From: a virus
Direction: 5' to 3' (one strand)
DNA length: 64,000 nt
Virus record (IMG/VR): IMGVR_UViG_3300036818_000105
Location: 1-64,000 of that record
The position numbers were made by a program, and so were the translations under genes. Below the pieces are notes generated by a model. That model made no database searches, was not told the origin of the DNA, and saw only the letters and a program-made list of their open reading frames with translations. How positions within the stretch are numbered: position 1 is the first letter of the stretch; every line of letters begins with the position of its first letter. Shown here in pieces: positions 48,079 to 57,516 of the stretch.

Positions 48079-50818
48079 CCGCCTGCGGTACCTGCTGGAG
48101 CTCCAGCGCCGCGCCGCGAGGATCAAGCACGGGATCACCAGGTACTACGACGACCCGGTCGGCTTCGCGCGTGACTGCATCGACTGGGGCGACAGCGAGG
48201 GCCTGACCGAGTACCAGGAGGAGATCCTCGACGGGATTCCCCGCCGCAAGCGCGTCGCGGTACGAGGCCCCCACGGGCTCGGCAAGGCGCTAGAATTGAG
48301 TGTGCGCATACCCACCCCTTCCGGCTGGTCGACCATCGGCGGCCTGCGCGTCGGCGACGAGGTTTTCGACGAGCACGGCAAGCCCTGCCGGGTGACGGGC
48401 AAGTCGCCCGTATGGCACGGCGACACGTACGAAGTCGAGTTTGCGGACAAGACCGTCATCACCGCTCACGGCGAGCACGAGTGGAACGCAGTCGACGTCT
48501 ACCACCGCCCGAAGACACCGAAGCCAGACCGGCGGCCTGTGCCCGTTTCGGACTGGCGCGACCACTGGGTATCGACTAGGCGCGTCACTACCGCGTACAT
48601 GGCGGAGCACATGCTCTCGCCTGGCGGTCAGCTTCGGTGGCGCATCCCGGCAGCACGCCCGCTGGAGCTACGTGCCGCCGACCTGCCGGTTGACCCGTAC
48701 ATCCTTGGGTACTGGCTCGGTGACGGATCGTCGAGGGGCGCCCAGATAACGATCTGCGCCAGCGACTGGCCGAGCCTGCAAGAGCGCCTGAAGGATGCCG
48801 GGTATCACCATGGCGAGCCCCGGCCGCATAAGGCCAGCCCGTCAACCTTCTCAGTGGGCGTCTCCACGCAGCCGGTGCGCCGTGGCGGCGGCCAGCATGA
48901 CACGCTGGCGCTCAGGCTCCGCAATCTCGGCGTCCTCGGCAATAAGCACATCCCGGTGATCTACCAGCGGGCATCCGCGGCGCAGCGCATGGAGGTTGTG
49001 CGCGGACTGTGGGACTCGGACGGCTACCGGCAGGCTGGCGGCAGCGACGAGATCACGCTCACCTGCAAGCCGCTAGCGGATGACGTAGCTGAGCTGCTGC
49101 GGTCTCTCGGCCTGGTGGTCCGGGTAAGCGAAAGCGACTCCAAGATTGACGGGCGCGTGGTCGGCCGCAGGTGGCGCATCGCCGCCCGGTTCGACTTCAA
49201 CCCCTACCGTCTTGCGCGCTACGACTGGGAGCCCCGCGGCCGGCAGTCCTCTCGCCACACCCAGCGGACGATCACGGATATCCGCAGGGTGGCCGACAAG
49301 CCGACCCAGTGCATCGAGGTGGACTCGCCGTCGCACCTGTACCTCGCTGGCGACTCAATGATCCCGACGCACAACTCCGGGATAGCGGCCATCGCCGTCC
49401 ACTGGTTCGCCCTGACGCGGGACGCGGCCGGCGTCGACTGGAAGATCCCTGCGACCGCCGGGTCATGGCACCAGCTGACCCAGTACCTGTTCCCTGAGAT
49501 CCACAAGTGGGCCGGGCGCCTGCGATGGGACAAGGTGCGGGACGGCCGCCCGTTCTCCCGCGCGCACGAGCTCCAGAACCTGAACCTGCGCCTGGCGCAC
49601 GGCTCCGCCTTCGCGGGGGCATCGGCGAACGCGGCGCTGATCGAGGGCGCGCACGCCGACTCGCTGCTGTTCCTGTTCGACGAGGGAAAGGCCATCCCGG
49701 CCGCCACGTTCGACGCATGTGAGGGCGCCCTCGGCGGCACGGGCGAGGCCTTCGCCCTGATCCTGTCAACGCCGGGGGCACCGTCAGGGCGCTTCTACGA
49801 CATCTGCGCGCGCAAGCCCGGCTACGAGGACTGGCACCCTGTCCACGTCACCCTCGAGCGCGCGATCGCCGCCGGGCGCATCAGCGAGGAGTGGGCTGAG
49901 CAGCGCGCCCGTCAGTGGGGCACCGAGTCGGCGATCTACCAGAACCGCGTCCTGGGCGAGTTCTACGCCAGTGACGAGGACTCGGTTATCCCCCTCGCGT
50001 GGGCGGAGGCGGCGGTTGCCCGCTGGCACGCCTGGGACGAGGCCGGGCGTCCGGAACCGGGCAGGCCGCGCACGGTTGGCGTGGACGTGGCCCGCACCGG
50101 CCAGGACCGCACGGTCCTCGCCCTCCGCAACGGCCCGGTGATCACGGAGCTGCGCCGGTCGGTGAAGGAAGACACGATGCAGACCACCGGCCGCGTGAAG
50201 GGCATCCTTGACGCCGACGACTCGGTTACCGCCGTGGTCGACGTGATCGGCATCGGCGCAGGCGTCGTTGACCGCCTCCGCGAGCAGCACGCCCGGGTGC
50301 TGGCTTTCAACGCCTCCCGCGGGTCGAAGGCGAAGGACAGCACGAGGGAGTTCGGCTTCGCGAACCGCCGGAGTGAGGCGTGGTGGACGATGAGGCAGGC
50401 GCTGGACCCGTCGAGCGACCCGGATATCTGCTTCCCTGACGACGAGATGCTGCTCGGTGACCTCTCGGCACCGCAGTGGAAAGTCACGTCATCCGGAAGG
50501 ATCGCGGTGGAGACTAAAGAGGAGATCGCCAAGCGCCTAGGCCGGTCAACTGACGACGGTGACGCGGTAATTCAGGCTTTCGTCCCGCACCTCGGCGAGT
50601 CTTCGCCGGGCACCGTCCGCAAGTGGGCCGGGTCCGTCGAGCTCGACAGCATGGGCGTGAGCGAGGAAACGAAGGCTCACCGCCGCATGAGGGAGATCGC
50701 GGGCAAGGCGGCCGAGGGACTTGAGGACGCGCCGTGGGATCTCGACGGATTCTCGCCGCAGGACGGCGATGACAGACCGCAGGGCGGGCGACGGGGCAAC
50801 GTCCGGACGTGGCAGTAG
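48050..50818 (+). CDS. terL: terminase large subunit with intein
   Basis: VAVRGPHGLGK/S Walker A, FLFDEG Walker B, STPG, RVLGEF, GVDVAR.G.D, VDVIGIGAGV.DRL, RS.DDGDA. Confidence 0.95.
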   Translation: MTPLVQAPPDRLRYLLELQRRAARIKHGITRYYDDPVGFARDCIDWGDSEGLTEYQEEILDGIPRRKRVAVRGPHGLGKALELSVRIPTPSGWSTIGGLRVGDEVFDEHGKPCRVTGKSPVWHGDTYEVEFADKTVITAHGEHEWNAVDVYHRPKTPKPDRRPVPVSDWRDHWVSTRRVTTAYMAEHMLSPGGQLRWRIPAARPLELRAADLPVDPYILGYWLGDGSSRGAQITICASDWPSLQERLKDAGYHHGEPRPHKASPSTFSVGVSTQPVRRGGGQHDTLALRLRNLGVLGNKHIPVIYQRASAAQRMEVVRGLWDSDGYRQAGGSDEITLTCKPLADDVAELLRSLGLVVRVSESDSKIDGRVVGRRWRIAARFDFNPYRLARYDWEPRGRQSSRHTQRTITDIRRVADKPTQCIEVDSPSHLYLAGDSMIPTHNSGIAAIAVHWFALTRDAAGVDWKIPATAGSWHQLTQYLFPEIHKWAGRLRWDKVRDGRPFSRAHELQNLNLRLAHGSAFAGASANAALIEGAHADSLLFLFDEGKAIPAATFDACEGALGGTGEAFALILSTPGAPSGRFYDICARKPGYEDWHPVHVTLERAIAAGRISEEWAEQRARQWGTESAIYQNRVLGEFYASDEDSVIPLAWAEAAVARWHAWDEAGRPEPGRPRTVGVDVARTGQDRTVLALRNGPVITELRRSVKEDTMQTTGRVKGILDADDSVTAVVDVIGIGAGVVDRLREQHARVLAFNASRGSKAKDSTREFGFANRRSEAWWTMRQALDPSSDPDICFPDDEMLLGDLSAPQWKVTSSGRIAVETKEEIAKRLGRSTDDGDAVIQAFVPHLGESSPGTVRKWAGSVELDSMGVSEETKAHRRMREIAGKAAEGLEDAPWDLDGFSPQDGDDRPQGGRRGNVRTWQ
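48287..49375 (+). mobile_element. 363-aa class 3 intein with LAGLIDADG endonuclease
   Basis: Starts with Ala (ALELSVRIPTP), ends THN/S; LGYWLGDG and RGLWDSDG; W-C-T triad (HEW, QCI, PTHN). Confidence 0.92.
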
Positions 50819-50832
50819 GCAGGCCGACCCGC

Positions 50833-51237
50833 CTACATGAACTCCACGTCCTCCCCGGCCGCCGCTGCCTTCCGTAGCCCGTCGATGAACCGCTCAGTGT
50901 TTTCCCGCGCGCGGTAGACCGCGCCGTCCAGCAGCGGCAGCAGCTGCTCTAGCCGGTCCGCGAGGTGAGCGCCGTGCTGCGGGTGAATGACCCCGTCGCA
51001 GTCCGAGTGAACGAGCAGGAACAGCAGCGGGTCGTCTCCGGGGATGGCGTCCCACTCGCCCAGGTAGTTCTTGTCCTCGAACATCTCCCACGGCAGTTCG
51101 TAGTACGCCTCGCCGCGCAGGACGTTAGGCGTTCTGTCGCTGACCTGGTACCCCGCCGCCCTGGCCACCTCGCGCCGCCACCGCTGGAACCCGCCGTACG
51201 GCCCGTGCCAGCACTCGTGACTGGTGTCTAGTCCCAC
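50833..51237 (-). CDS. conserved phage hypothetical protein
   Basis: Y.GF..WR..A..LL.HSDCDG.I..FIDGL..AA..GE.VEF. Confidence 0.8.
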   Translation of the reverse strand: MGLDTSHECWHGPYGGFQRWRREVARAAGYQVSDRTPNVLRGEAYYELPWEMFEDKNYLGEWDAIPGDDPLLFLLVHSDCDGVIHPQHGAHLADRLEQLLPLLDGAVYRARENTERFIDGLRKAAAAGEDVEFM

Positions 51238-51259
51238 GCCCGGCAGCCTACATGCGCGC

Positions 51260-51550
51260 TCAGGCCGGGCCCTCCCCTTCCGCCGCGAACTGCTCCGGGT
51301 GGGCGATGGCGTACCGGGCCACTATCAGCTCGTGCTCGCTCAGGTATTCAGGGTCAAAGACGTAGACCCGGCGCGGCGTCCCCGGCTGGTCGCACTCGGG
51401 GCCCCCGTCCCGGTGGACCGCGTCACTGGCGAAGTGACGGTGGAACGGCCCCCACGACTCCGGCCACTTGCCGGCTCGCTCAGCCTTGTCGCGGTCGGCC
51501 TCCCACGGCGTGCGGGTGTCCTGGTCGTCCTCTGGGTCCGGGGTGCTCAT
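51260..51550 (-). CDS. hypothetical protein duplicated from the C-terminus of 41159-41659
   Basis: Contains inverted repeat copy 2. Confidence 0.75.
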   Translation of the reverse strand: MSTPDPEDDQDTRTPWEADRDKAERAGKWPESWGPFHRHFASDAVHRDGGPECDQPGTPRRVYVFDPEYLSEHELIVARYAIAHPEQFAAEGEGPA

Positions 51551-51801
51551 GACTTCCTCCGGTTGCTGGTCACCACGGGCTCGAACTCGGCCGTCCAGCC
51601 CTCAGTGCCACGGTAGACGGTAACCGGGGCGTTCTTCGGCGCGAACGCCGCGCCTTCCATGCGGACCACCCCGATGCCGGGCAGCGTGATGCCGTCTCCG
51701 GCTAGGGCGTACTCGCCCGGGAGGTAGCGCGTCCCGCACCGTTCGTGACCCGGCCCTTGGCAGCGTCCCGTCCCGGCGACACGGCAGCGCCACTCAGGCA
51801 T
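51547..51801 (-). CDS. hypothetical protein
   Basis: MPEWRC start; coupled. Confidence 0.55.
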   Translation of the reverse strand: MPEWRCRVAGTGRCQGPGHERCGTRYLPGEYALAGDGITLPGIGVVRMEGAAFAPKNAPVTVYRGTEGWTAEFEPVVTSNRRKS

Positions 51802-52156
51802 TGCCGTCAGCCCCTTCCCCCGGCGCGAACTTAGCGGCCTCTCGCTCGATGTCCGGGTTGTCCTCAGCCGACTCCAGTACGAGCGATGCGCCGCGCTGGA
51901 GCCGGTTGGCGAGCACGAGCGCGTCTTCGGCCGTGAGCAGGACAGAGGAGACGCTCGGCGTGCCGTCCCCGTCCTCGCTGTTGATGACCAGTCCGACCAT
52001 GCCGGGGTCATGTGCCGCGTCCCCGCAGTGCTCGCAGGTAGACGCGCCCTCAGGCTCGTAGACGTGCTCGACGATGATCACGGTGTCTTCGTCAGGGTGG
52101 ACGCACCCGAGGATGCGTGAGCGGATTCTGATGCCGCCGGGCTCGTTGTCACTCAT
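51794..52156 (-). CDS. hypothetical protein
   Basis: MSDNEPG start 7 nt after TATACT (leaderless). Confidence 0.65.
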   Translation of the reverse strand: MSDNEPGGIRIRSRILGCVHPDEDTVIIVEHVYEPEGASTCEHCGDAAHDPGMVGLVINSEDGDGTPSVSSVLLTAEDALVLANRLQRGASLVLESAEDNPDIEREAAKFAPGEGADGNA

Positions 52157-52225
52157 AAGCCAGAGTATACCCGGATATTGCCGCTTCACTGTGTAGTGCG
52201 CACGTTCATCATGTAGAATAAGGTC

Positions 52226-52471
52226 ATGACCGACGCTAGCCCGGTTGCCATCCAGCGAGCCATCGCGGCCAACATCCGAGCCGAACGCGCCCGCGCCCGG
52301 CTCTCTCAGCAGGCCGTGGCAGACGCCATGCAGAAGCGCGGGTTCGCCTACTGGCGCCAGCAGACAACCGGAGCGACCGAACGCGGCGAGCGCCGGATAA
52401 CCGCCGATGAACTGACCGCACTCGCCGCCGTATTCGGCACCGCGCCGGAGACGCTCTGGCGGATGCCGTGA
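52226..52471 (+). CDS. XRE HTH regulator coupled to tnpB
   Basis: IAANIRAERARARLSQQAVA..ERGERRITADEL..LA..F; TAGAAT 6 nt upstream. Confidence 0.9.
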   Translation: MTDASPVAIQRAIAANIRAERARARLSQQAVADAMQKRGFAYWRQQTTGATERGERRITADELTALAAVFGTAPETLWRMP

Positions 52472-53658
52472 GGCGGGCCTACAAGTTCCTCGCATACCCG
52501 ACGCGACCCCAGGAGGGCCGCTCGGGCGCGCTGCTGCGCGACCACTGCGACCTGTACGACGCCGCGCTCGAGGAACGCCGCGAGGCGTGGCGGATGCGGA
52601 AAGCTCCGGTGTCCTACGGCATGCAGTCTGCCCAGCTCAAGGAGATCCGAGCGGCCGACCCGGACGGGCAGGGGAGGCACTCGTTCACCGCCCAGCAGCA
52701 AACCCTGCGCAGGCTCAACGACGCGTTCGTTATGTTCTACAAGCGGTGCAAGATCCCGGGCAAGAAGCCGGGCTACCCGAGGTTCAAGCCGTACGCCCGG
52801 TTCGATCAGGTCCGGTTCGTCGCCGGAGACGGTGCGAAGTGGACCCCGGCGAACGGCATTGGCTGGGCACGCGCCTACTTCCAGGCGGTCGGCTCGGTCA
52901 AGGTGAAGCAGCACCGGCCGGTGACGGGCACCGTCAAGGCGCTCCAACTCAAGCGGGAGCACCGCCGCTGGTACGTCATCGTCATCACCGAAACTGAGCC
53001 GGTGCCGCTGCCCCCGGCGGGCCGTGAAGTCGGCGTAGACGTGGGGGTGGTGCGGTTCCTGACCACCTCGGACGGCGGGATCGTGGCCAATCCGCGTTTC
53101 TTCGCCGCGTCGGCCGGGGTGATCGCGGACTTGCAGCGCCGCATGAACCGCGCCAGGCCGGGTTCGGGGAACCGCAAGCGGATCAGGCGCGCCCTGGCCC
53201 GGGAGCACCGCAAGGTCAGGAACTCCCGCCGCGACTTCCACCACAAGACCGCGCGAATTCTCATTGACGAGTGTGACGTGATCGCCCTGGAAGACCTCAA
53301 CACGGAAGGGATGACCAGGCGTCCCAAACCGAAGCCCGACCCGGACAAGCCGGGCGAGCACCTCCCGAACGGGGCCGCCTCCAAGGCCGGCCTGAACAAG
53401 TCGATACGCGACGCGGGCTGGGCACAGTTCATGAGCATCATCGTCGGCAAGGCTGAGAGCGCCGGCCGGCGAGTGATCCTGGTGGACCCGCGGAACACGA
53501 GCATCGACTGTCACCAGTGCGGGCGAAGATGCGAGCGCCCGCAGCAGGACACGGTTATCTGCCCCGCGCACGGCGCGATGGACGCCGACGTGAACGGGGC
53601 CAGAAACATCGCCAGCAGGGCCGGGCTGGGCTCTGGTCAGGCCGCGCGAGCGGCCTGA
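52468..53658 (+). CDS. tnpB: TnpB RNA-guided endonuclease, copy 2
   Basis: RAYKFLAYPT, GYPRFK, RuvC-I GVDVG, RuvC-II LEDL, TSIDCHQC..CPAH, RuvC-III DVNGARN. Confidence 0.96.
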   Translation: MRRAYKFLAYPTRPQEGRSGALLRDHCDLYDAALEERREAWRMRKAPVSYGMQSAQLKEIRAADPDGQGRHSFTAQQQTLRRLNDAFVMFYKRCKIPGKKPGYPRFKPYARFDQVRFVAGDGAKWTPANGIGWARAYFQAVGSVKVKQHRPVTGTVKALQLKREHRRWYVIVITETEPVPLPPAGREVGVDVGVVRFLTTSDGGIVANPRFFAASAGVIADLQRRMNRARPGSGNRKRIRRALAREHRKVRNSRRDFHHKTARILIDECDVIALEDLNTEGMTRRPKPKPDPDKPGEHLPNGAASKAGLNKSIRDAGWAQFMSIIVGKAESAGRRVILVDPRNTSIDCHQCGRRCERPQQDTVICPAHGAMDADVNGARNIASRAGLGSGQAARAA

Positions 53659-53710
53659 GAAGGTGGCGGAGCGATCCGCCATAGCAGTCACCCAGTTTTC
53701 CAGATACGTC
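53580..53710 (+). ncRNA. predicted omegaRNA for TnpB copy 2 (5' end approximate; guide from 53692)
   Basis: Hairpins CAGGCCGC..GCGGCCTG and TGGCGGA..TCCGCCA, then GCAGTCAC right-end motif (TCAC 53688-53691). Confidence 0.72.
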
Positions 53711-53810
53711 GACGACTTCTTTCTCTCCTCCCTGCTGCACGGCGGCGAAAGCCCCGCCGCCAGGCAGCAGGGAGCGTGACCGGCACTGCCTCCGCACGCT
53801 AGCCTGTGAG

Positions 53811-53846
53811 CGTGCACGTGCATTCGTCGCGTGCAGATGCACACGC
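53811..53846 (+). promoter_or_regulatory. TGCACGTGCA box upstream of the portal operon
   Basis: CGTGCA at 53811, 53817, 53830; AGGAGG SD at 53858-53863. Confidence 0.6.
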
Positions 53847-53875
53847 TAGCGGCGGAGAGGAGGTGATGCTTGGGT

Positions 53876-55492
53876 ATGGTCGACACTCGCTCCGCAAATG
53901 TCGTCGCCTTCCCCGACCTCGCGCCGAAGGGCTCTCGCGGCCCCAGCGGCAAGCGGGCCCTTTTGGGTCCAGAGGTAGGGACGTCGTTCGATTACGGACA
54001 GCGCTTGTTCGCCTACTATTAGTTAAGGCGAAGGAGATGTGTTCGACTACGGCTTAGCGAATTTTCCGCTCGTGACTACAAAACGATGTTGTCCCGTAAC
54101 GGAATGTGCGCGGCCATCGAGCAGGTACTCACTCTCCCGATCAGGGGCGCCCCGTACACCATCGAGCCCGCCAAGGGTGACCAGGGCGAGGCCGAGTTCG
54201 TGACCAGCGTTCTCATGACAGCCGACGAGGACGGCGGCATGAAAACACCTATCAGCACGCTGGTCGGCCAGATTACGAGCGCGCAGATTTTCCGTCGCGC
54301 CTTCTTCGAACGTACTTACAAGGTTCGCGAATCCGACGGCAAGATCATTTACGACAAGGTGGCCTTTCGCCCCCCCGCGACCTGTCAGGCCAGGTACAAC
54401 GACCGTACGGGCGAGCCGAACGGGTTCCGTCAGCAGGTCTGGTTGTTCGGCGGGAACTTGATGCTCAACCGCACTCAGAAGGTTCCCGGCTACGTCGACA
54501 TCCCGAAAATCAGGAGCTACATATACACCCACGGGAAACACAGGGAACCTCTCACTGGTGTCAGTGAGATGGAAACGGCCTACTGGTGCTACCAGACCCA
54601 GGCGAAGCTAGCCTACCTATGGCTCAGCTTTCTCGAGGGAATGGCGATGCAGCGCCTCGTCGTCTACGGCAACGACCAGCCGGAGGCATCCCAGCGAGCG
54701 GATGACATCTCCCAGCTGCGCGGTTCCGGCATTGTCGGCCTTATCCACCCGATCGACGGGCAGAAGTCGTTCGAGGCCCTCCCCACGGCCGCGGACGCGG
54801 GCGCCCAGTTCGCGGCGTGCATGACGTACCTGGAGAACTGGGCAGCCAGCAGCGTCCTCGCCGGCTTCCTGCAGCTTTCCGGCGCGGCGGCGAAGGGCAC
54901 CCGGGCGGGCGGCGGCGCCAGTGCCGGCTCCTACGGCATGAGCGAGGACCAGAGCTCGTACTACCTGGCCTCCCGTGAGGCGGCGGCAACGGAGATAGCG
55001 GACAGTATCTCCCATGACCTGATCCGCCCCCTGGTGACCCTGAACTTCGGCGCGGACGCGGCGTTCCCGAAGTGGAAGTTCGGCCCGTTGCAGGAGGCCA
55101 TGACGGCCGTACTTTTCACCATGTTCGGGCAGCTAGCCGCCGCCCCCAAATTGAACCTGCCCCTCGCGTTCGTGGACCTCCTCACCGAGCGGATGGCGGT
55201 GATCCTGAACCTGGACGCGGACCAGATTCACGAGTCGCTGGTGAATACCGCGTCGCAGCGGGCGGAGGCGCTGGCGGGCAATCCCCCGCCCGGCATACCC
55301 CCGGAGGCCGCGGCGGGACTGGGGCAGTTGCAGGGGCTGGCGCAGGCGGGGACGTCGATCGCGCAGCAGGCGATAGCGAGGAACGGCGGGCCGCCGACGC
55401 CGCCGAAGGTGACCATGCCGCCGGCCGGGCCGCCCGCGCCCCCGCCCAAGCCGCCGATGGCCGGGGGACTCGCGGGGGCGGCGGCGCAGTGA
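53876..55492 (+). CDS. portal protein (DUF935/Mu gp29-like); 5' part interrupted, continuous ORF 54086-55492
   Basis: IEQVLTLPIR, AFFE, FRP..TC, GFRQ, P..G.S, SVLAGFL.L, GSY.MS.DQS, LIRPLV.LNFG..FP..KFGPL; follows terL. Confidence 0.85.
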
Positions 55493-57036
55493 CCGGGTGC
55501 GCGAGGTGCAACGGCGAGGGGTGGACGTGCGAGTCGCATCCCCGCCGCGCGTGGGGTGACATGTGCTGCGACGGGCCACGCCGGGCGGCGATCGTGCACC
55601 AGTTGCACCGCCTGCTGCCGTACGGCGGGCCATTCCGGCTGGCGTGGCGGATCCGCGTGCTGTGCGAGCACGGCGCGTGCCACTGCGGCGGCGCCGGCGA
55701 CCCGTGCCCGGACTGCAATTCCACGGCTGACGTCAACTGGGCCGACAATCATTGCGGAGGCGTCCTGATGACCCCGGAGGAGGCCGCGAACTTCTGCGAG
55801 GACGACGAGGACCCGCGCGAGGTCTTCGCCCGGTTCGACGCCGGGCCGCACGTCGTCACCGGCCAGGCGTGGTACGAGGCGGGCGGCACGCTGCCGCTTG
55901 CCCTTACCGCCGTGCGCAACGGCACGGGCACGGCCGAGCGGGTCCGGCGGGGACTGGACTACATCAAGGCGACATACGGGCCGGGGGCGAGCCAGTGAGC
56001 CTGACGATGCTGACGGAGATCGCAGACCACTGCACCGTGCGGACTCCCCTCGGCGAGACCGAGTTCGCCGACGTCACCGTGATGGTCGTCGAGAACGTAC
56101 TGACCGTGAACCGCGACGGCCGCACGCTGGCGTGGTTCGCGGCCGGGTCATGGCGGGTGAGCTTCCTGTGAGCGAGTGGCGGCGCGACCCGGTCAAGTAC
56201 TGGTGGGAACTCGGCTACTGGGACGAGCCCCGGCAGGAGTTCATCGGCGTGGCGTGGGTGACTGACGAGGTGATCGCCCGCGCCGACCCCAGGATGACCG
56301 CCGCGTACCTGTACCGCAAGCTCGGCACCGTGCCGCCGCCGCTGGCCGGGTATCCTCCGCCGCCACCCGTGCCGGTGACGGTCGTGTACGCGGAGGGATC
56401 GCGGTGAGCGACTACAAGATCGCGAAGACGCTGCGGGTCGTCCGGGAGGGCGCCGGCGGTGCGTCTCGCCTCTACATCGACGGCGAGCCGTTCGACTACG
56501 CGACGGTCGACGGGTACACGGTCCACCCGAGGCGGGGCGAGATGCCGGGCGTTACCGTCACGATCGCCGCGTGGCGGGTCGAGCTCGTGGACGACACCGA
56601 CGCGAAAGCCGGGCGAGTTGTCGCCGGCCGCGCCAGGTTCCGAACCAGATCAGGAGAGTTAGCCCAGTGACCGAGAGCAAGCCCGGTGCCGTTGCCGTCA
56701 TCGACCAAGCCGGCCGCCACCACCACTTCGACGCGGACGACTGGCTCGTAGACCTGAAGGGCTACCTGCACGTCACGAAGGACGGCAAGAACGACGATCC
56801 TGTCGCCTTCTTCACGCCGGGCTTCCTCGGCGTCTACAGGGTCAGCGCCCGCGCCGCCGCGCCGGTAACGGTCATCGGTTCACCCCGAACCGCTGCCGCA
56901 AGCGCCGCCATCGAGACCTTGCGGCGGGAAGTCGAGGCGGCGCCAAGCGGAGAAGGAAAGGCGGGTGATGCCCTGTGATCGACGATGACCCTCAAGACGG
57001 GCACCGTGGCAGGGCGGGCGGGACCGGGGGCGTGCC

Positions 57037-57516
57037 GTGAGCGAGAAGAGGCGAACCGAGAACGTGCTGTCCGTCCGGCTTGACGACGAGACCTCGGCCG
57101 AGCTTAAGTGGGCGGCCGGCGAGTCCGGCGTCAGCGCGTCTGAGCTAGCCCGCCGCGGCCTTCGCCCGGTGCTGTCCTATATCCGCGCTGAGTGGTACGA
57201 GAAGCACGGCAGCGAGGACGACTGGGGTGAGGTGGTTGCCGCCGGGCCGGTGCAGCCGCGCAAGCTCGACGCCTCGTTCGGGGTGCGCCTCGCTTACGAG
57301 CAGGTGCTTGAGGTCGCGCAGGCCGCCGAGGCATGCGGCGTGACGATCTCCGCGTACCTGCGGGAAGCCGGGCTTGCCCTTGCCGCGGCCCAGCGGGCAG
57401 GCGGCACGGCCAGGTGCTCTCACCTGAGCATCGGCGGCGCGGTCAGCGCGGAGTGCGGCACTTGCGGCTCGCTGCCGGTTGCCCTCACGGTGCACGCCCC
57501 GGCGAGGCGACCGTGA
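57037..57516 (+). CDS. tandem ribbon-helix-helix protein
   Basis: SVRLDDE..AA..GVSASELAR and GVRL..E..V..AAE..GVTISAYLRE. Confidence 0.75.
   Translation: MSEKRRTENVLSVRLDDETSAELKWAAGESGVSASELARRGLRPVLSYIRAEWYEKHGSEDDWGEVVAAGPVQPRKLDASFGVRLAYEQVLEVAQAAEACGVTISAYLREAGLALAAAQRAGGTARCSHLSIGGAVSAECGTCGSLPVALTVHAPARRP

Noticed and set aside
35423-53658. Autonomous IS200/IS605 elements or nuclease-dead TldR repressors
   Set aside because: No tnpA near either copy, and both retain the D-E-D RuvC residues
52348-53952. 534-aa minus-strand ORF and similar long ORFs (5' part of 35107-36207, 4914-6059, 6056-7267, 40022-41668, 60675-62036, 62949-63995)
   Set aside because: Antisense shadows of real genes, common at high GC; no motifs of their own
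54020-54058. Simple amber readthrough or group I intron in portal
   Set aside because: Readthrough gives LRRRRCVRLRLS, less plausible than GEGDVFDYG in the shifted frame; the gaps are far too short for a ribozyme. Readthrough is not fully excluded without homolog alignment
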